64,000 nucleotides of DNA from Bacteroidota bacterium (GCA_037131955.1 JBAXQC010000003.1:9928-73927); one strand, 5' to 3'; positions 36,246 to 48,509 are shown, counted from the stretch's first letter. The notes: generated by a model not told the origin, from the letters alone. Made by a program: numbers and translations.

Positions 36246-38271
36246 ATTTGTGGAAGGAAATACTTTCAGCAATTTATTAGTAGAAGAAACCAGTCCTTAT
36301 TTATTACAACACGCCCACAATCCTGTTAATTGGTTTCCTTGGTGTGAGCAAGCGTTTTTGAAAGCCCAGAAGGAAGATAAATTAATTTTAATAAGTATTG
36401 GTTATGCTGCTTGTCATTGGTGCCACGTGATGGAAAGAGAATGTTTTGAAGATTTGGAAGTGGCAGAAATCATGAACAAACATTTTGTATGTATAAAAGT
36501 AGATAGAGAAGAAAGACCAGATGTAGATCAAGTATATATGAATGCCGTTCAACTTATAACACAGCAAGGTGGATGGCCATTAAATTGTTTTGCTTTGCCG
36601 GATGGCAGGCCAGTTTATGGAGGAACTTATTTTCCTAAAGTGAGATGGATAAAAGTGTTGGAGTCCTTGGTAGAATCTTTTGAAAAAGACCGAGAGCAAT
36701 TTATGGAGTATGCCACAAAACTCACAAAAGGAGTTAAACTTAGCGAGCAGCCATTCAAAGAAAATGAAATAGAACCTACAAAAGATATTTTAATAAATGC
36801 AGTAAATAAATGGCAAAAGGGATTTGATAATAGAGAAGGAGGACCAGATAAAGCACCTAAATTTCCATTGCCTAAAAATTACGATTTTTTACTTACTTAT
36901 GGTGTTTTATTTAAAGATGATTTAGTAATTGAACATACTAAACTAACATTAGATAAAATGATGATGGGCGGAATTTATGATCAAATTGGAGGTGGATTTG
37001 CAAGATATTCTGTCGATCATTTATGGAAAGTTCCCCATTTTGAAAAAATGTTGTACGATAATGCACAACTAATTGGTTTGTACTCTAAAGCATATTCATT
37101 TTTTAAAAACGATGAATATAAAACTGTGGTAGAGGAAACTATTGCTTTTTGTAAAAGAGAATTGTTTTCAACTTCAGGAGTTTTCTTTTCTGCATTAGAC
37201 GCAGATTCAGAAGGAGAGGAAGGGAAATTTTATGTTTGGACCGAGCAGGAATTAAAAGAAGTTTTAAAAGATGATTATTCATTAGCTCATGATTTTTATT
37301 GCATAAACAATAAAGCTTTGTGGGAGCACCACAACAATATTTTATTAAGAGAAAAAAGTATAGAGGAATTTGCTGTTGTTTTAAATGCTTCAGTTTCTCT
37401 AACGCAAGAAAAATTGAAAGACATTAAGCAAAAATTATTAGCAGAAAGAAGAAACAGAATTCGTCCGCAATTAGACGATAAAATCTTATTGTCGTGGAAT
37501 GCATTAATGATTAGCTCTTTGGTAGAAGCATATTTTGCCACAACTAACAAATTATACCTATACGATGCAACAGTAGCAGCAGAATTTATAATTAACAAAA
37601 ATAGTTTTCAAAAACTGATAATACGTAATTATAAAAGCAAAGCAGAGTGTGAGAATATTTTTCTTGAAGATTACTCCACAGTTATTGAATCGTTTTTAAT
37701 ATTGTTTGAAGCAACAGGAAATACTAAATGGGTAGAGATCGCCAACAACTATTTAAAAATTGTGTTTGCTGAATATTTAGATAATGAAACTTCTTTGTTT
37801 TACTATACATCTAGTAATCAAAACGATTTAATTGCCAGAAAAATAGAACTACAAGACAATGTAATTCCATCTTCCAATTCAATTATGGCTAACAATATTC
37901 ATAAGTTATACAAGATTTATGGAACAAATAACTACTTTGATGGCTGCCGAAAAATGCTGAGTTACAACATTGCTCAAGTAGAATCGTACCCTTATGCTTA
38001 TGCAAATTGGGCAGTGTTGCTTCAAAAAATTGCCATGCCTTTTTATGAGTTAGTGATTATTGGGGCAGAAGCAAAAAAATACATGCAAAAATTTAAGCAG
38101 CATTATTTCCCAAATATTTATTGTTTTTGGTCTGCAAAAGAAAACGATGAATTAGAAATTTTTAAAAATAGGTTTATAAATGGCAAAACCTTATTTTATG
38201 TTTGTAAAAACAATACTTGCGAATTGCCAGTAGAGGATTTTAATTTATTGATAGATAAACTGAAATCATAA
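36190..38271 (+). CDS. thioredoxin-domain protein of the DUF255/YyaL (SSP411-like) family
   Basis: [31 protein letters not shown], then a long alpha/alpha-toroid-like C-terminal part. No in-frame ATG precedes the conserved N-terminus. Track start is TTG 36190; GTG at 36250 (5 nt after the upstream stop) is at least as plausible. Confidence 0.85.
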   Translation: MTKKFRGLLPKIAVNVNSKFVEGNTFSNLLVEETSPYLLQHAHNPVNWFPWCEQAFLKAQKEDKLILISIGYAACHWCHVMERECFEDLEVAEIMNKHFVCIKVDREERPDVDQVYMNAVQLITQQGGWPLNCFALPDGRPVYGGTYFPKVRWIKVLESLVESFEKDREQFMEYATKLTKGVKLSEQPFKENEIEPTKDILINAVNKWQKGFDNREGGPDKAPKFPLPKNYDFLLTYGVLFKDDLVIEHTKLTLDKMMMGGIYDQIGGGFARYSVDHLWKVPHFEKMLYDNAQLIGLYSKAYSFFKNDEYKTVVEETIAFCKRELFSTSGVFFSALDADSEGEEGKFYVWTEQELKEVLKDDYSLAHDFYCINNKALWEHHNNILLREKSIEEFAVVLNASVSLTQEKLKDIKQKLLAERRNRIRPQLDDKILLSWNALMISSLVEAYFATTNKLYLYDATVAAEFIINKNSFQKLIIRNYKSKAECENIFLEDYSTVIESFLILFEATGNTKWVEIANNYLKIVFAEYLDNETSLFYYTSSNQNDLIARKIELQDNVIPSSNSIMANNIHKLYKIYGTNNYFDGCRKMLSYNIAQVESYPYAYANWAVLLQKIAMPFYELVIIGAEAKKYMQKFKQHYFPNIYCFWSAKENDELEIFKNRFINGKTLFYVCKNNTCELPVEDFNLLIDKLKS

Positions 38272-38290
38272 TCATTATAACAACTAAAAA

Positions 38291-38313
38291 AGGCTACCCA
38301 ATACGGGTAGCCT
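38291..38313. terminator. bidirectional intrinsic terminator between convergent DUF255 gene and groEL
   Basis: aggctaccc-aatac-gggtagcct: perfect 9-bp stem and 5-nt loop, with an A-run upstream and a T-rich tract downstream. Confidence 0.75.
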
Positions 38314-38339
38314 TCTTATTTATAATTAGATTTTATTTC

Positions 38340-39992
<1,653 letters not shown>

Positions 39993-40009
39993 TTATTTTT
40001 TTGTTTAAA

Positions 40010-40285
40010 TTATAACACCGCAAAGATGTCAGACTCTCTCATGATTAAGTAATCTTTTCCGTCAACAGTTATTTCTGTTCCGGCATATTTTCCGTACAAA
40101 ACACTGTCACCTACTTTTACTGTCATTGGTTCGTCTTTTTTTCCACCACCAACAGCTACTACCTTACCTTTTTGAGGTTTTTCTTTTGCTGTATCAGGGA
40201 TAATAATTCCACCTGCTGTTTTTTCTTCTGCCGCTGCTGCCTCTACCAGCACTCTATCGGCTAAAGGTTTTAGTTTTGTTGCCAT
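40010..40285 (-). CDS. groS: co-chaperonin GroES
   Basis: [11 protein letters not shown]...[24 protein letters not shown]. 38 nt upstream of groEL. Confidence 0.96.
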   Translation of the reverse strand: MATKLKPLADRVLVEAAAAEEKTAGGIIIPDTAKEKPQKGKVVAVGGGKKDEPMTVKVGDSVLYGKYAGTEITVDGKDYLIMRESDIFAVL

Positions 40286-40819
40286 AATTTTTTATTATAT
40301 TTTTTAAGTTTAATATTTGTGTGTCTTGCATTTGTCATAAAATGTGCCAATGGCTTTTTTGAGGTTTTTTATTGACAAATTTTCCAGTTAAACTACTTTC
40401 AGGTGTTTTTTTGGCAGAAGACGTGATGAATTTTGACAGAAAGGTAAAAGCATCTGTTTAGATTATAGCAGTATTCCTTAAATGTTGGCAGTAGCTTTTT
40501 TATAACTAAAAACACAACACGGAATATTCTTAATAAGTTAAACAGCTTATCAGTCAAATTTACCTTAACTCTCAACTTCTCCAAGGTTCTGTACTAAAAA
40601 AATAAATTATTAAATAAAATAGAAGGCAGGTTTGGCTTGTTTGAGAAATTTGGGCAGCAGCCTCAAAAAAATAATTTTATTGAATTTTAAAGCTCAACTA
40701 ACTATTGCTCTTTTTCAAATTGTTTGGTACTTATGGTCTCTTTTTAATTATCAACAACCCAACTTTAAAAAAAAAGAAATCCAACATCAAATCTAAACAT
40801 TTAACAAAATAGTATTCTT

Positions 40820-40827
40820 TATTTTTG
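40820..40827 (+). promoter_or_regulatory. candidate -7 promoter box (TATTTTTG)
   Basis: Matches TAnnTTTG, 19 nt upstream of the GTG start 40847. Confidence 0.35.
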
Positions 40828-40846
40828 CCTTTCAATAAGTTTATCT

Positions 40847-41977
40847 GTGGATATTTTACAAATTTTATTTGGGCTACTTTCTGGTTTTTTCCTGCTGTCG
40901 TTTAGCACTATAACTATTTATTATTTTGTAGTGTTTGGTAAATTGGCTTTCTATAAATCCCAAGAACAAAAAGAGTATACTCCTCCGGTTTCGGTGGTAA
41001 TTTGTGCCCGAAACGAAGCACAAAATCTATTTAACCACCTCCCAAAATTCTTTGCTCAAAACTATCCACAATTTCAAATTGTGGTGGTTAACGATTGCAG
41101 TTGGGACGAAAGTGAACAAATTTTAGAAGAATTTCAAAAAAAACACAGCAACCTCCATGTTGTAAATCTTAAAGAAGAAAAAATAAAGGAACATGATAAA
41201 AAGCTTGCCGTTACATTGGGTATCAAGGGAGCAATATACGAGAATCTCTTGTTTACAGATGCAGATTGCATTCCTGCCAACGAAAATTGGATAAAGACAA
41301 TGGCAAAAGATTTTGCTAACGATACAGAAATTATTATTGCCTACGGACCTTATAAAAAAACAAAAGGATTTTTAAATAAAATTATTCGCTTTGATACATT
41401 CTTTAATGCGGTAAATTACCTATCGGCTGCTATTGCCGGAAAAACTTATATGGGTGTGGGAAGAAACATGGCCTACACAAAAAAAATATTCTTCGATAAC
41501 AAAGGATTTGCTTCACACTATTTTATCCAATCTGGCGATGATGATTTGTTTATAAACAAGGTAGCACACAAAGCCAAAGTAAAAGCAGAAATTAATCCAG
41601 ATTCTTTTACTTACAGCATCTCTAAAGATACTTGGAAAGCATGGCTCAGGCAAAAGAAACGCCACCTTAGCACCTCAAAGTTTTATCGTTCCAAAGACAA
41701 ACTTCGCATTGGAATATTTGCCTTTGCCAATTACTTGTTTCTATTTACATGGGTAGCCTTGTTTTTTGTGAAAATGATTGAATACCAAGAATTTATTTTG
41801 GCAGGTGCTCTACTGCTTAAATTTATTATTCAATGGGTAGTATTAAGTTTGTGTGCGAAAAAACTAAACGAAAAAGACCTTTGGTTTGTGGCACCCTTTT
41901 TTGAACTATTATTGTTTTTTGTTTATCCTTATCTACACATAAAAAATATTTTTGTAAAACAACAAGTATGGAAATAA
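40847..41977 (+). CDS. family 2 glycosyltransferase, membrane-anchored
   Basis: PPVSVVICARNEA, IVVVNDCSWDES, TDADC (DxD-type), C-terminal TM helices. GTG start. Confidence 0.8.
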   Translation: MDILQILFGLLSGFFLLSFSTITIYYFVVFGKLAFYKSQEQKEYTPPVSVVICARNEAQNLFNHLPKFFAQNYPQFQIVVVNDCSWDESEQILEEFQKKHSNLHVVNLKEEKIKEHDKKLAVTLGIKGAIYENLLFTDADCIPANENWIKTMAKDFANDTEIIIAYGPYKKTKGFLNKIIRFDTFFNAVNYLSAAIAGKTYMGVGRNMAYTKKIFFDNKGFASHYFIQSGDDDLFINKVAHKAKVKAEINPDSFTYSISKDTWKAWLRQKKRHLSTSKFYRSKDKLRIGIFAFANYLFLFTWVALFFVKMIEYQEFILAGALLLKFIIQWVVLSLCAKKLNEKDLWFVAPFFELLLFFVYPYLHIKNIFVKQQVWK

Positions 41978-42576
41978 ACCCCGATCTAACCAGTAAAGCT
42001 CAAATAGATTATAAGCTAGTGAGAGCAGCATTAGACAATGGTGATCAAAAGGCTTATGCCGAACTTATGAGTAGGTATAAAGACTCTATTTATTTTATGC
42101 TCCTTAAAATGGTAAGGAGCAAAGACGATGCAGACGACCTAACGATAGAAGCCTTTGGGAAAGCATTTAAAAGACTTGGTCAATACACACCTAACTATGC
42201 ATTTTCTACATGGCTGTTTAAAATTGCATCCAACAACGCGATAGATTTTTTGCGTAGAAAAAAGAACATTACATTTTCTATTAACAAAGGATTTGAAGGT
42301 GATGATGGCAGCGAAATGTCTATTGAAATAAAATCGGAAGGATTGGATCCCGAAGAAAAAATAATTAAAAAAGAAAAGGTCAAGTTGATGAGAGAGGTAG
42401 TAGAAAAGTTAAAGCCTAACTACCGACAATTGATTGAGATGAGGTACTTTGAAGAAATGAGCTACGAAGAAATTTCTATAAAACTGGAATTGCCTTTAGG
42501 TACTGTAAAAGCTCAATTGTTTAGAGCAAGAGAACTACTTTACAACATTATGAAAAACACCAAAAATTCTATTTGA
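41968..42576 (+). CDS. RNA polymerase sigma-70 family (group 4/ECF-like) sigma factor
   Basis: Region 2 (DADDLTIEAF.KAF, FSTWLFKIASNNAIDFLRRKK) and region 4 (MSYEEISIKLELPLGTVKAQLFRARE) with an acidic insert between them. Overlaps the GT2 stop by 10 nt. Confidence 0.8.
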   Translation: MEINPDLTSKAQIDYKLVRAALDNGDQKAYAELMSRYKDSIYFMLLKMVRSKDDADDLTIEAFGKAFKRLGQYTPNYAFSTWLFKIASNNAIDFLRRKKNITFSINKGFEGDDGSEMSIEIKSEGLDPEEKIIKKEKVKLMREVVEKLKPNYRQLIEMRYFEEMSYEEISIKLELPLGTVKAQLFRARELLYNIMKNTKNSI

Positions 42577-42582
42577 TTTATT

Positions 42583-43248
42583 TTGGAAGATTCTCTAATT
42601 GAAAATTATTTTAATGAAATTACTCCTTTGCAAAATGAACAATTTGTAAGCTTTGAAAAATTGTTTTTAGAGGCAAATCAAAAGGTAAATTTAATAAGCA
42701 GAAAAGACCACAATAATTTTTTTACACATCACCTGCTGCACAGCTTAAGTATAGCTAATTACTTTAAATTTAAATCAGGAACAGATGTATTAGACCTTGG
42801 AACCGGAGGAGGTTTACCTGGCATTCCACTTGCAATAATGTTTCCGGAAGTTAACTTTTTACTCTGCGATTCCATCAAAAAAAAACTTTCAGCAGTAGAT
42901 GAAATTGTAGAATCTCTTGGTTTAAAAAATGTTAGTACAGCTTGGCAAAGAGCTGAAACACTCGAAAGAAGATTTGATTTTGTAGTGAGTAGGGCAGTTG
43001 CACCCATCGGCGATTTATGGCATTGGACAAAAAAATTGATACACAACAACCAACGCAATGAGTTTAAAAATGGTTTAATTCTGCTAAAGGGTGGCGATTT
43101 AGAAGTAGAAATAGAAAACTGGAGAAAAAGTATTTTAAAAAATAATCCAAATGCTATACTGCCAAATTTGGAAGAAATAGAACTGAAAAGTTTTAACAAG
43201 GATGAATTTTTTGTAACAAAAAAAATAATTTACATAAAGAAGTTTTAG
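42583..43248 (+). CDS. rsmG: 16S rRNA (guanine527-N7)-methyltransferase
   Basis: W..K.NLIS... layout, VLDLGTGGGLPGIPLAI, VSRAVA. TTG start in the track. Confidence 0.85.
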   Translation: MEDSLIENYFNEITPLQNEQFVSFEKLFLEANQKVNLISRKDHNNFFTHHLLHSLSIANYFKFKSGTDVLDLGTGGGLPGIPLAIMFPEVNFLLCDSIKKKLSAVDEIVESLGLKNVSTAWQRAETLERRFDFVVSRAVAPIGDLWHWTKKLIHNNQRNEFKNGLILLKGGDLEVEIENWRKSILKNNPNAILPNLEEIELKSFNKDEFFVTKKIIYIKKF

Positions 43249-43339
43249 TAATTAGATAGAATACTCTAATTTGGTTTGCAATTAATTAAAATGAAACTTT
43301 AACTAAACATAGTATCAGAGTTTTTAATAATTAATTTTT

Positions 43340-43347
43340 TACTTTTG
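43340..43347 (+). promoter_or_regulatory. candidate -7 promoter box (TACTTTTG)
   Basis: Matches TAnnTTTG, 60 nt upstream of ATG 43408. Confidence 0.3.
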
Positions 43348-43407
43348 CACCAGCTAAAATTCAGGAGCTTTGAGAAATAAGCAAGTTTTAGGTTTAAATA
43401 TACCACT

Positions 43408-44346
43408 ATGAAAAGCATACTAAGAAATATTTTAAAAAACATTTTAAATGTTTTGATGAGTAATAAAGGCACAATTCCTATTGCAAATTACATTTACGAA
43501 ACAGGGTCATTTAAACTAAAGGATTTTTTTATTCTTAATGTTTCTCAACCTAAGTTTAATTTTAGTTGGAATTTTTCTCTACTCAATGGCAAACACATAA
43601 AGTGCAACGTAATAAATGGTCAACAAAACACTTGGCACTTTGCCACAAGCTACAAATGGCACGACTTAGGACTTAGTATAATTGAGCAACACTTGAATGA
43701 ATTCTATGATTCAAATCTAACGTATATGGATATAGGTTCAAACGTTGGATTACGGTCTGTGTATTCTCTAAGTATTGATAGAAACACCATATTAATTGAC
43801 CCAAATCCCGAGGTTAATAAAATTACAAAAAGTATGATTGAGCTCAATGGTTTCAAAAACTACACTTTGGAGCAAATTGGATTATCAGACAGTGACACAG
43901 GTGGCGAATTAAAATTTTATATTTCCTCCTCAGCCTATATGAGTAGTTTTAACAAGGAGCATGCAGCACTTGATAAAATTGTAGGAGAAATTACAATTCC
44001 TGTTACTTCTATTGATAACTATATTGCCAAACACACTAATGTTAAACCTGGAATTTTAAAAATAGATGTAGAGGGTTTTGAAATGAATGTATTGAAGGGA
44101 GCAAAAATTACTTTAGAAAAATATAAACCTGCCATCATAATTGAAATATTAGACATGGGCGAGAACAGAAATGAAATTGTAGAATATTTAGCACAATTCT
44201 CTTACCACCCTTATTTTTTGTTTGATAAAGAATTTAAGATGTTAAGGCCTCTTGTGAAAGGAGAACAAATTACTAATCACAATTACCTGTTTATTGCAAA
44301 CACAGAATTAGAAAAATATTTAAATTCAAGAAATTGCATAGAGTAA
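43408..44346 (+). CDS. FkbM-family methyltransferase
   Basis: MDIGSNVGLRS (DIGANxG-type) and LKIDVEGFEMNVLKGA (KIDVEG.E) motifs. Confidence 0.7.
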   Translation: MKSILRNILKNILNVLMSNKGTIPIANYIYETGSFKLKDFFILNVSQPKFNFSWNFSLLNGKHIKCNVINGQQNTWHFATSYKWHDLGLSIIEQHLNEFYDSNLTYMDIGSNVGLRSVYSLSIDRNTILIDPNPEVNKITKSMIELNGFKNYTLEQIGLSDSDTGGELKFYISSSAYMSSFNKEHAALDKIVGEITIPVTSIDNYIAKHTNVKPGILKIDVEGFEMNVLKGAKITLEKYKPAIIIEILDMGENRNEIVEYLAQFSYHPYFLFDKEFKMLRPLVKGEQITNHNYLFIANTELEKYLNSRNCIE

Positions 44347-44399
44347 GTGATTGTTTTTTTTTACCTTATAAAATGCAATCTTAAAAAAATCTCCTAAGC

Positions 44400-45482
44400 C
44401 TACTTCTTTAAAAATGGCAATTTCACCACTTTTGCTTTCAAACTTTTATCTCTTACTGAAATAAATATTTCACTATCAACTTTTGCATAGTTGGTATTTA
44501 TGTATGCCATTCCAATTGCTTGTTTAAGTGTTGGAGATTGCGTGCCGCTGGTAACTTTTCCTATTTCATTTCCACTTTCATCTACCACTAAATAATCATG
44601 GCGAGGTATGCCTTTATCTTCCATCACAAAACCAACTAATTTTTGTTTTACGCCGGCTTCTTTTTGTGCTTTAAATTTTTCAGAAGAAACAAAGTCTTTC
44701 GTAAATTTTGTAATCCAACCCAAGCCAGCTTCAATTGGAGAAGTGGTATCGTTTATGTCGTTTCCATACAAACAAAAGCCCATTTCTAATCTTAATGTAT
44801 CTCTGGCGCCAAGACCAATAGGAGCAATACCAAAATTTTTACCCGCCTCAAAAACAGCATTCCACAATTTTTCTGCGTCTTTATTGTCTACATAAATTTC
44901 AAAACCACCTGCTCCTGTATAGCCTGTTGCCGAGACTAATACATTTTCTAATCCTGCAAACACACCTTTTTTAAATGTATAATATTCCATTGCACTCAAA
45001 TCAATTTCCGTTAACACTTGCAATGCCTCTGCTGCTTTAGGTCCTTGCACTGCCAATAATGAAGTTTGCTCCGAAATGTTTTTCATATCAACACCCATAG
45101 TGTTGTAGTGCATTATATGGTTCCAATCTTTTTCTATGTTTGAAGCATTCACTACCAACATATACGTTTTTTCATCAATTCTATATACCAACAAATCATC
45201 AACTATACCGCCGTTTTCATTTGGTAAGCACGAATACTGAATTTTTCCATCTACTAAAATACTTGCATCGTTACTTGTTACTTTCTGGATAAGCGCTAGA
45301 GCATTTTCTCCTTTTAAAATAAATTCACCCATGTGCGAAACATCAAACACACCCATTGAATTTCTAACGGTTTCGTGTTCCACGTTAATGCCTGCATAAT
45401 TTATTGGCATGTTGTATCCTGCAAAGGGAGCCATTTTTGCTCCTAATGATTGATGAATGTGAGTAAGTGCTGTGTCTTTCAT
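44400..45482 (-). CDS. gcvT: glycine cleavage system aminomethyltransferase (T protein)
   Basis: T.L...[45 protein letters not shown]. Confidence 0.93.
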   Translation of the reverse strand: MKDTALTHIHQSLGAKMAPFAGYNMPINYAGINVEHETVRNSMGVFDVSHMGEFILKGENALALIQKVTSNDASILVDGKIQYSCLPNENGGIVDDLLVYRIDEKTYMLVVNASNIEKDWNHIMHYNTMGVDMKNISEQTSLLAVQGPKAAEALQVLTEIDLSAMEYYTFKKGVFAGLENVLVSATGYTGAGGFEIYVDNKDAEKLWNAVFEAGKNFGIAPIGLGARDTLRLEMGFCLYGNDINDTTSPIEAGLGWITKFTKDFVSSEKFKAQKEAGVKQKLVGFVMEDKGIPRHDYLVVDESGNEIGKVTSGTQSPTLKQAIGMAYINTNYAKVDSEIFISVRDKSLKAKVVKLPFLKK

Positions 45483-45491
45483 GATTATTGT

Positions 45492-46556
45492 TTAAGAAAA
45501 GAGATGAATAAAATTTTGTGAATTAGATTTAACTGAATAATTATTTTCTATTTTATGTCTTGTAGCTTTTGAAATTTCTTGCAACAGATTTTCATCCAAC
45601 AACAACTTCTCTAAATTGTTGGACCAATCTTGTTGATTGCTGCAAATAAAACCATTTATTCCGTGGTCAACAATTTTTGTATTTACGCCTACAGGAGAAA
45701 CAAGGGCAGGAATTCCCAAACTCATGTATTGCAATGCCTTGAAGCCGCATTTGCCATTGGCCCATAAATCATCTTTTAGTGGCATTACACCAACATCCAT
45801 TTTTAGCAAATCTTCAATTTCAGTTTTTTTGTTCCATTTTAGATATCTAAATGATTTTAAATCAAGTTCTGGAGATTCATCTGATATTACTAAAAACTCA
45901 AATTCGTATTTTTTTTCTAAATCAGATATCACGTCGTACAATTCCATTAAATACCTATTTGTAGAGTGTGAACCCGTCCAACCAATTACAAATTTTCCTT
46001 TTTGATGAATTTTAATTTTATTGTGGTGGTTTTCTGTGTCGATGGTGGTGGGATTATACACAACATTTTTGTTGTATTGTTTTGCAAAATTGCATAAGTA
46101 CTCGTTACCACAAGAAACTTTATAAGCCCATTTGCAAATGTATTTAGTATTGGTATAAAATTTAAATGCCGAAAAAAATTTGTTAGCCTCGGAATAATTT
46201 TTTAGCCAAATGGCGTCGTCAAAATCATACACAATTTTTTTTCGGAAAATTTTTGCAATTAAAAACTCAAAAATTGGCGGGCCAAGCGGTGCTGCTTCGC
46301 GATGAATAAAAATATAATCGAATTTTCTTAATGAAAAAAGTAAAATAAAGCGGTTTAAGTATCCTTTTAAAATTCGCAAAAACTTTGAAAAATAATGTCC
46401 TGGTTGGTAGAGTTTTTTCCAAGCATTGTAAGATAAAAAACCATAAGTATCAAATTCTATGTTGTTTTGTTTTAATAAATGAAAGTACTGCTCAAACCTA
46501 AATCTTTGGCTGGCAGCTTCTTTCAATGGATAAGGAAACAAAAACATCACCCTCAT
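45492..46556 (-). CDS. GT-B fold glycosyltransferase (GT4/Glycos_transf_1-like)
   Basis: C-terminal half: VIGWTGSHST, GFKALQYMSLGIPALVSPVGVNTKIV.HGINGFIC. Ends 9 nt before the gcvT start. Confidence 0.7.
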   Translation of the reverse strand: MRVMFLFPYPLKEAASQRFRFEQYFHLLKQNNIEFDTYGFLSYNAWKKLYQPGHYFSKFLRILKGYLNRFILLFSLRKFDYIFIHREAAPLGPPIFEFLIAKIFRKKIVYDFDDAIWLKNYSEANKFFSAFKFYTNTKYICKWAYKVSCGNEYLCNFAKQYNKNVVYNPTTIDTENHHNKIKIHQKGKFVIGWTGSHSTNRYLMELYDVISDLEKKYEFEFLVISDESPELDLKSFRYLKWNKKTEIEDLLKMDVGVMPLKDDLWANGKCGFKALQYMSLGIPALVSPVGVNTKIVDHGINGFICSNQQDWSNNLEKLLLDENLLQEISKATRHKIENNYSVKSNSQNFIHLFS

Positions 46557-46640
46557 AATTGGCGCAAAGATATATTTATTGTGATGATTTTTATGACAAT
46601 TAAATGAAATAAGTTGACGTGCTTATTCGTCTTAAAAAAG

Positions 46641-46648
46641 TAATTTTG
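46641..46648 (+). promoter_or_regulatory. candidate -7 promoter box (TAATTTTG)
   Basis: Matches TAnnTTTG, 13 nt upstream of ATG 46662. Confidence 0.3.
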
Positions 46649-46661
46649 AAAAATTTTTAAA

Positions 46662-48470
46662 ATGGCAAAAAAGAAAACATCTGAAGACGATAATCTGCCC
46701 AAATTTAAGTTCAATAAAGAATCTCTAAAGAAAACAGCAAAAATATATGATTTCTTGGCTCCCTTTAAATGGAAATTTATTGTTGGTTTAATTTGTTTAG
46801 TTGGAACCGGATTAACTGCAATTGCTTTTCCAAAACTAATGGGCAGTTTGATAGATGCAAGCAATATTTCTCTTGAACAAATAAATTCTGTTGGAATTTA
46901 TTTGATATTACTTTTTGCAGCACAAGCCATTTTTTCATTTTTTAGGGTGGCTCTTTTTGTAGAAGTTACAGAGGGAATGTTGGCAAACATGAGAAATGCT
47001 ACATACAGCAATTTAATTCAGTTGCCAATGGTATTCTTTAGCAACAGAAGAGTAGGAGAGTTGAACAGCCGACTATCTAGTGATTTGAGTCAAATACAAG
47101 ACACATTTACAACAAGTATTGCAGAATTTCTAAGGCAGCTAATAATTATTATAGGAGGAATTACAGCTTTGTTTTTTACATCAATTAAGCTTGCATTAGC
47201 TATGCTTGCTGTTATTCCTTTGGTTGCAATTATAGCGGTAGTATTTGGGCGTTACATTAGAAATTTTTCAAAAAAAGTTCAAGATAAAATTGCCGAATCT
47301 AACACCATCGTTGATGAAACTCTTCAGGGTATCGCAAATGTAAAATCTTTTGTGAACGAATGGTTCGAAGTTAAGCGATACAAAAACAGCACCAATCAAA
47401 TAAAAGAGATTGCTATAAAAGGAGGGAGGCTTAGAGGTGCATTTTTTTCGTTTATAATTTTTTGTTTATTTGGTGCAATCATTTTACTTATTTGGTATGC
47501 AGTAAGATTAGAAAGTCAAGGTGAACTTAGTCATGGTTTGATGATTCAATTTATGCTCTACACTGTTTTTGTTGGTGCAAGCATTGGTGGAATTGCAGAA
47601 CAGTATGCACAAATACAAAAAGCATTAGGAGCTACTGAAAGAGTTTTAGATTTACTGAACGAAATCCGCGAGCAAATTACCATTGATGCCAATGCAGAAA
47701 CCTTTAATAACCTACCAAGGTTAAAGGGTGAAGTAGAATTTAGCAATATAACTTTTGCTTATCCCTCACGAGACGATAGTCCTGTTTTACGTGATTTTTC
47801 TTTTAAAGCAAAAATCGGCCAAAGCATTGCCATTGTTGGACCAAGTGGAGCAGGAAAATCTACAATAATCTCTTTGTTGTTGCAATTTTATCATCCTCAA
47901 AATGGTAAAATTATTTTTGATGGAAAAGACTCCATTGAATTTTCTTTGTCGCACCTCAGAAACAACATGGCAATTGTTCCTCAAGATGTTTTATTGTTTG
48001 GCGGAACAATAAAAGAAAACATTGCATATGGAATGACCAACGCAACCGAGGCACAAATTGAAGATGCCGCAAAAAAAGCAAACGCCCACTTGTTTATTGA
48101 TTCTTTTCCAGAAAAATACAATACTGTTGTTGGCGAAAGAGGTGTAAAACTTAGCGGAGGACAAAGGCAAAGAATTGCCATTGCCAGAGCTGTTTTAAAA
48201 AATCCTGCCATTTTGCTATTAGATGAAGCTACCAGTTCATTGGATTCAGAATCGGAAAGATTAGTGCAAGAAGCATTAGATTTGTTGATGGTAGGAAGAA
48301 CAACATTTATTGTTGCACACCGCCTCTCAACCATTAGAAATGTTAACTTAATAATGGTTATAGACAAAGGAGCACTAGTTGAATTAGGTTCGCACCAGGA
48401 ATTAATTTTAAAAGAAAATGGATTGTATAGGCAGTTGAGCAAATTGCAGTACAGTGTTGATACGTTTTAA
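46662..48470 (+). CDS. ABC exporter, fused permease/ATPase half-transporter (MsbA/ABCB-like)
   Basis: Six-TM N-terminal domain, then GPSGAGKST, LSGGQRQRIAIARA, LLLDEATSSLD, AHRLSTI. Confidence 0.85.
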   Translation: MAKKKTSEDDNLPKFKFNKESLKKTAKIYDFLAPFKWKFIVGLICLVGTGLTAIAFPKLMGSLIDASNISLEQINSVGIYLILLFAAQAIFSFFRVALFVEVTEGMLANMRNATYSNLIQLPMVFFSNRRVGELNSRLSSDLSQIQDTFTTSIAEFLRQLIIIIGGITALFFTSIKLALAMLAVIPLVAIIAVVFGRYIRNFSKKVQDKIAESNTIVDETLQGIANVKSFVNEWFEVKRYKNSTNQIKEIAIKGGRLRGAFFSFIIFCLFGAIILLIWYAVRLESQGELSHGLMIQFMLYTVFVGASIGGIAEQYAQIQKALGATERVLDLLNEIREQITIDANAETFNNLPRLKGEVEFSNITFAYPSRDDSPVLRDFSFKAKIGQSIAIVGPSGAGKSTIISLLLQFYHPQNGKIIFDGKDSIEFSLSHLRNNMAIVPQDVLLFGGTIKENIAYGMTNATEAQIEDAAKKANAHLFIDSFPEKYNTVVGERGVKLSGGQRQRIAIARAVLKNPAILLLDEATSSLDSESERLVQEALDLLMVGRTTFIVAHRLSTIRNVNLIMVIDKGALVELGSHQELILKENGLYRQLSKLQYSVDTF

Positions 48471-48509
48471 GCAATTATGACATAATTATTTTTTGGCAGA
48501 GTAATTGAA

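Noticed and set aside
40333-40349. Sigma-54-like -24 element TGGCAC upstream of groES (minus strand: TGGCACATTTTATGACA)
   Set aside because: The -12 position reads ATGA instead of TTGC, so the essential GC dinucleotide 10 nt after the GG is missing.
40286-40400. CIRCE heat-shock operator upstream of groES
   Set aside because: No TTAGCACTC-N9-GAGTGCTAA-like inverted repeat is present.
40399-40584. 61-aa minus-strand ORF in the groES upstream gap
   Set aside because: No recognisable motif, odd composition (many C, F, R, K), and no promoter box or coupling to neighbours. Treated as non-coding.
41889-41904. TGGCACCCTTTTTTGA near the 3' end of the GT2 gene, about 75 nt upstream of the sigma-factor gene
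   Set aside because: Spacing and -12 sequence do not fit TGGCAC-N5-TTGC (GG+10 gives TG, not GC), and it lies inside coding sequence.
45483-45491. Expected glycine riboswitch upstream of gcvT
   Set aside because: Only 9 nt separate gcvT from the preceding gene, so no space for an aptamer.
46553-46864. 103-aa minus-strand ORF spanning the GT4/ABC intergenic region
   Set aside because: It overlaps the 5' end of the well-supported ABC exporter gene and its promoter box, and has no motifs.
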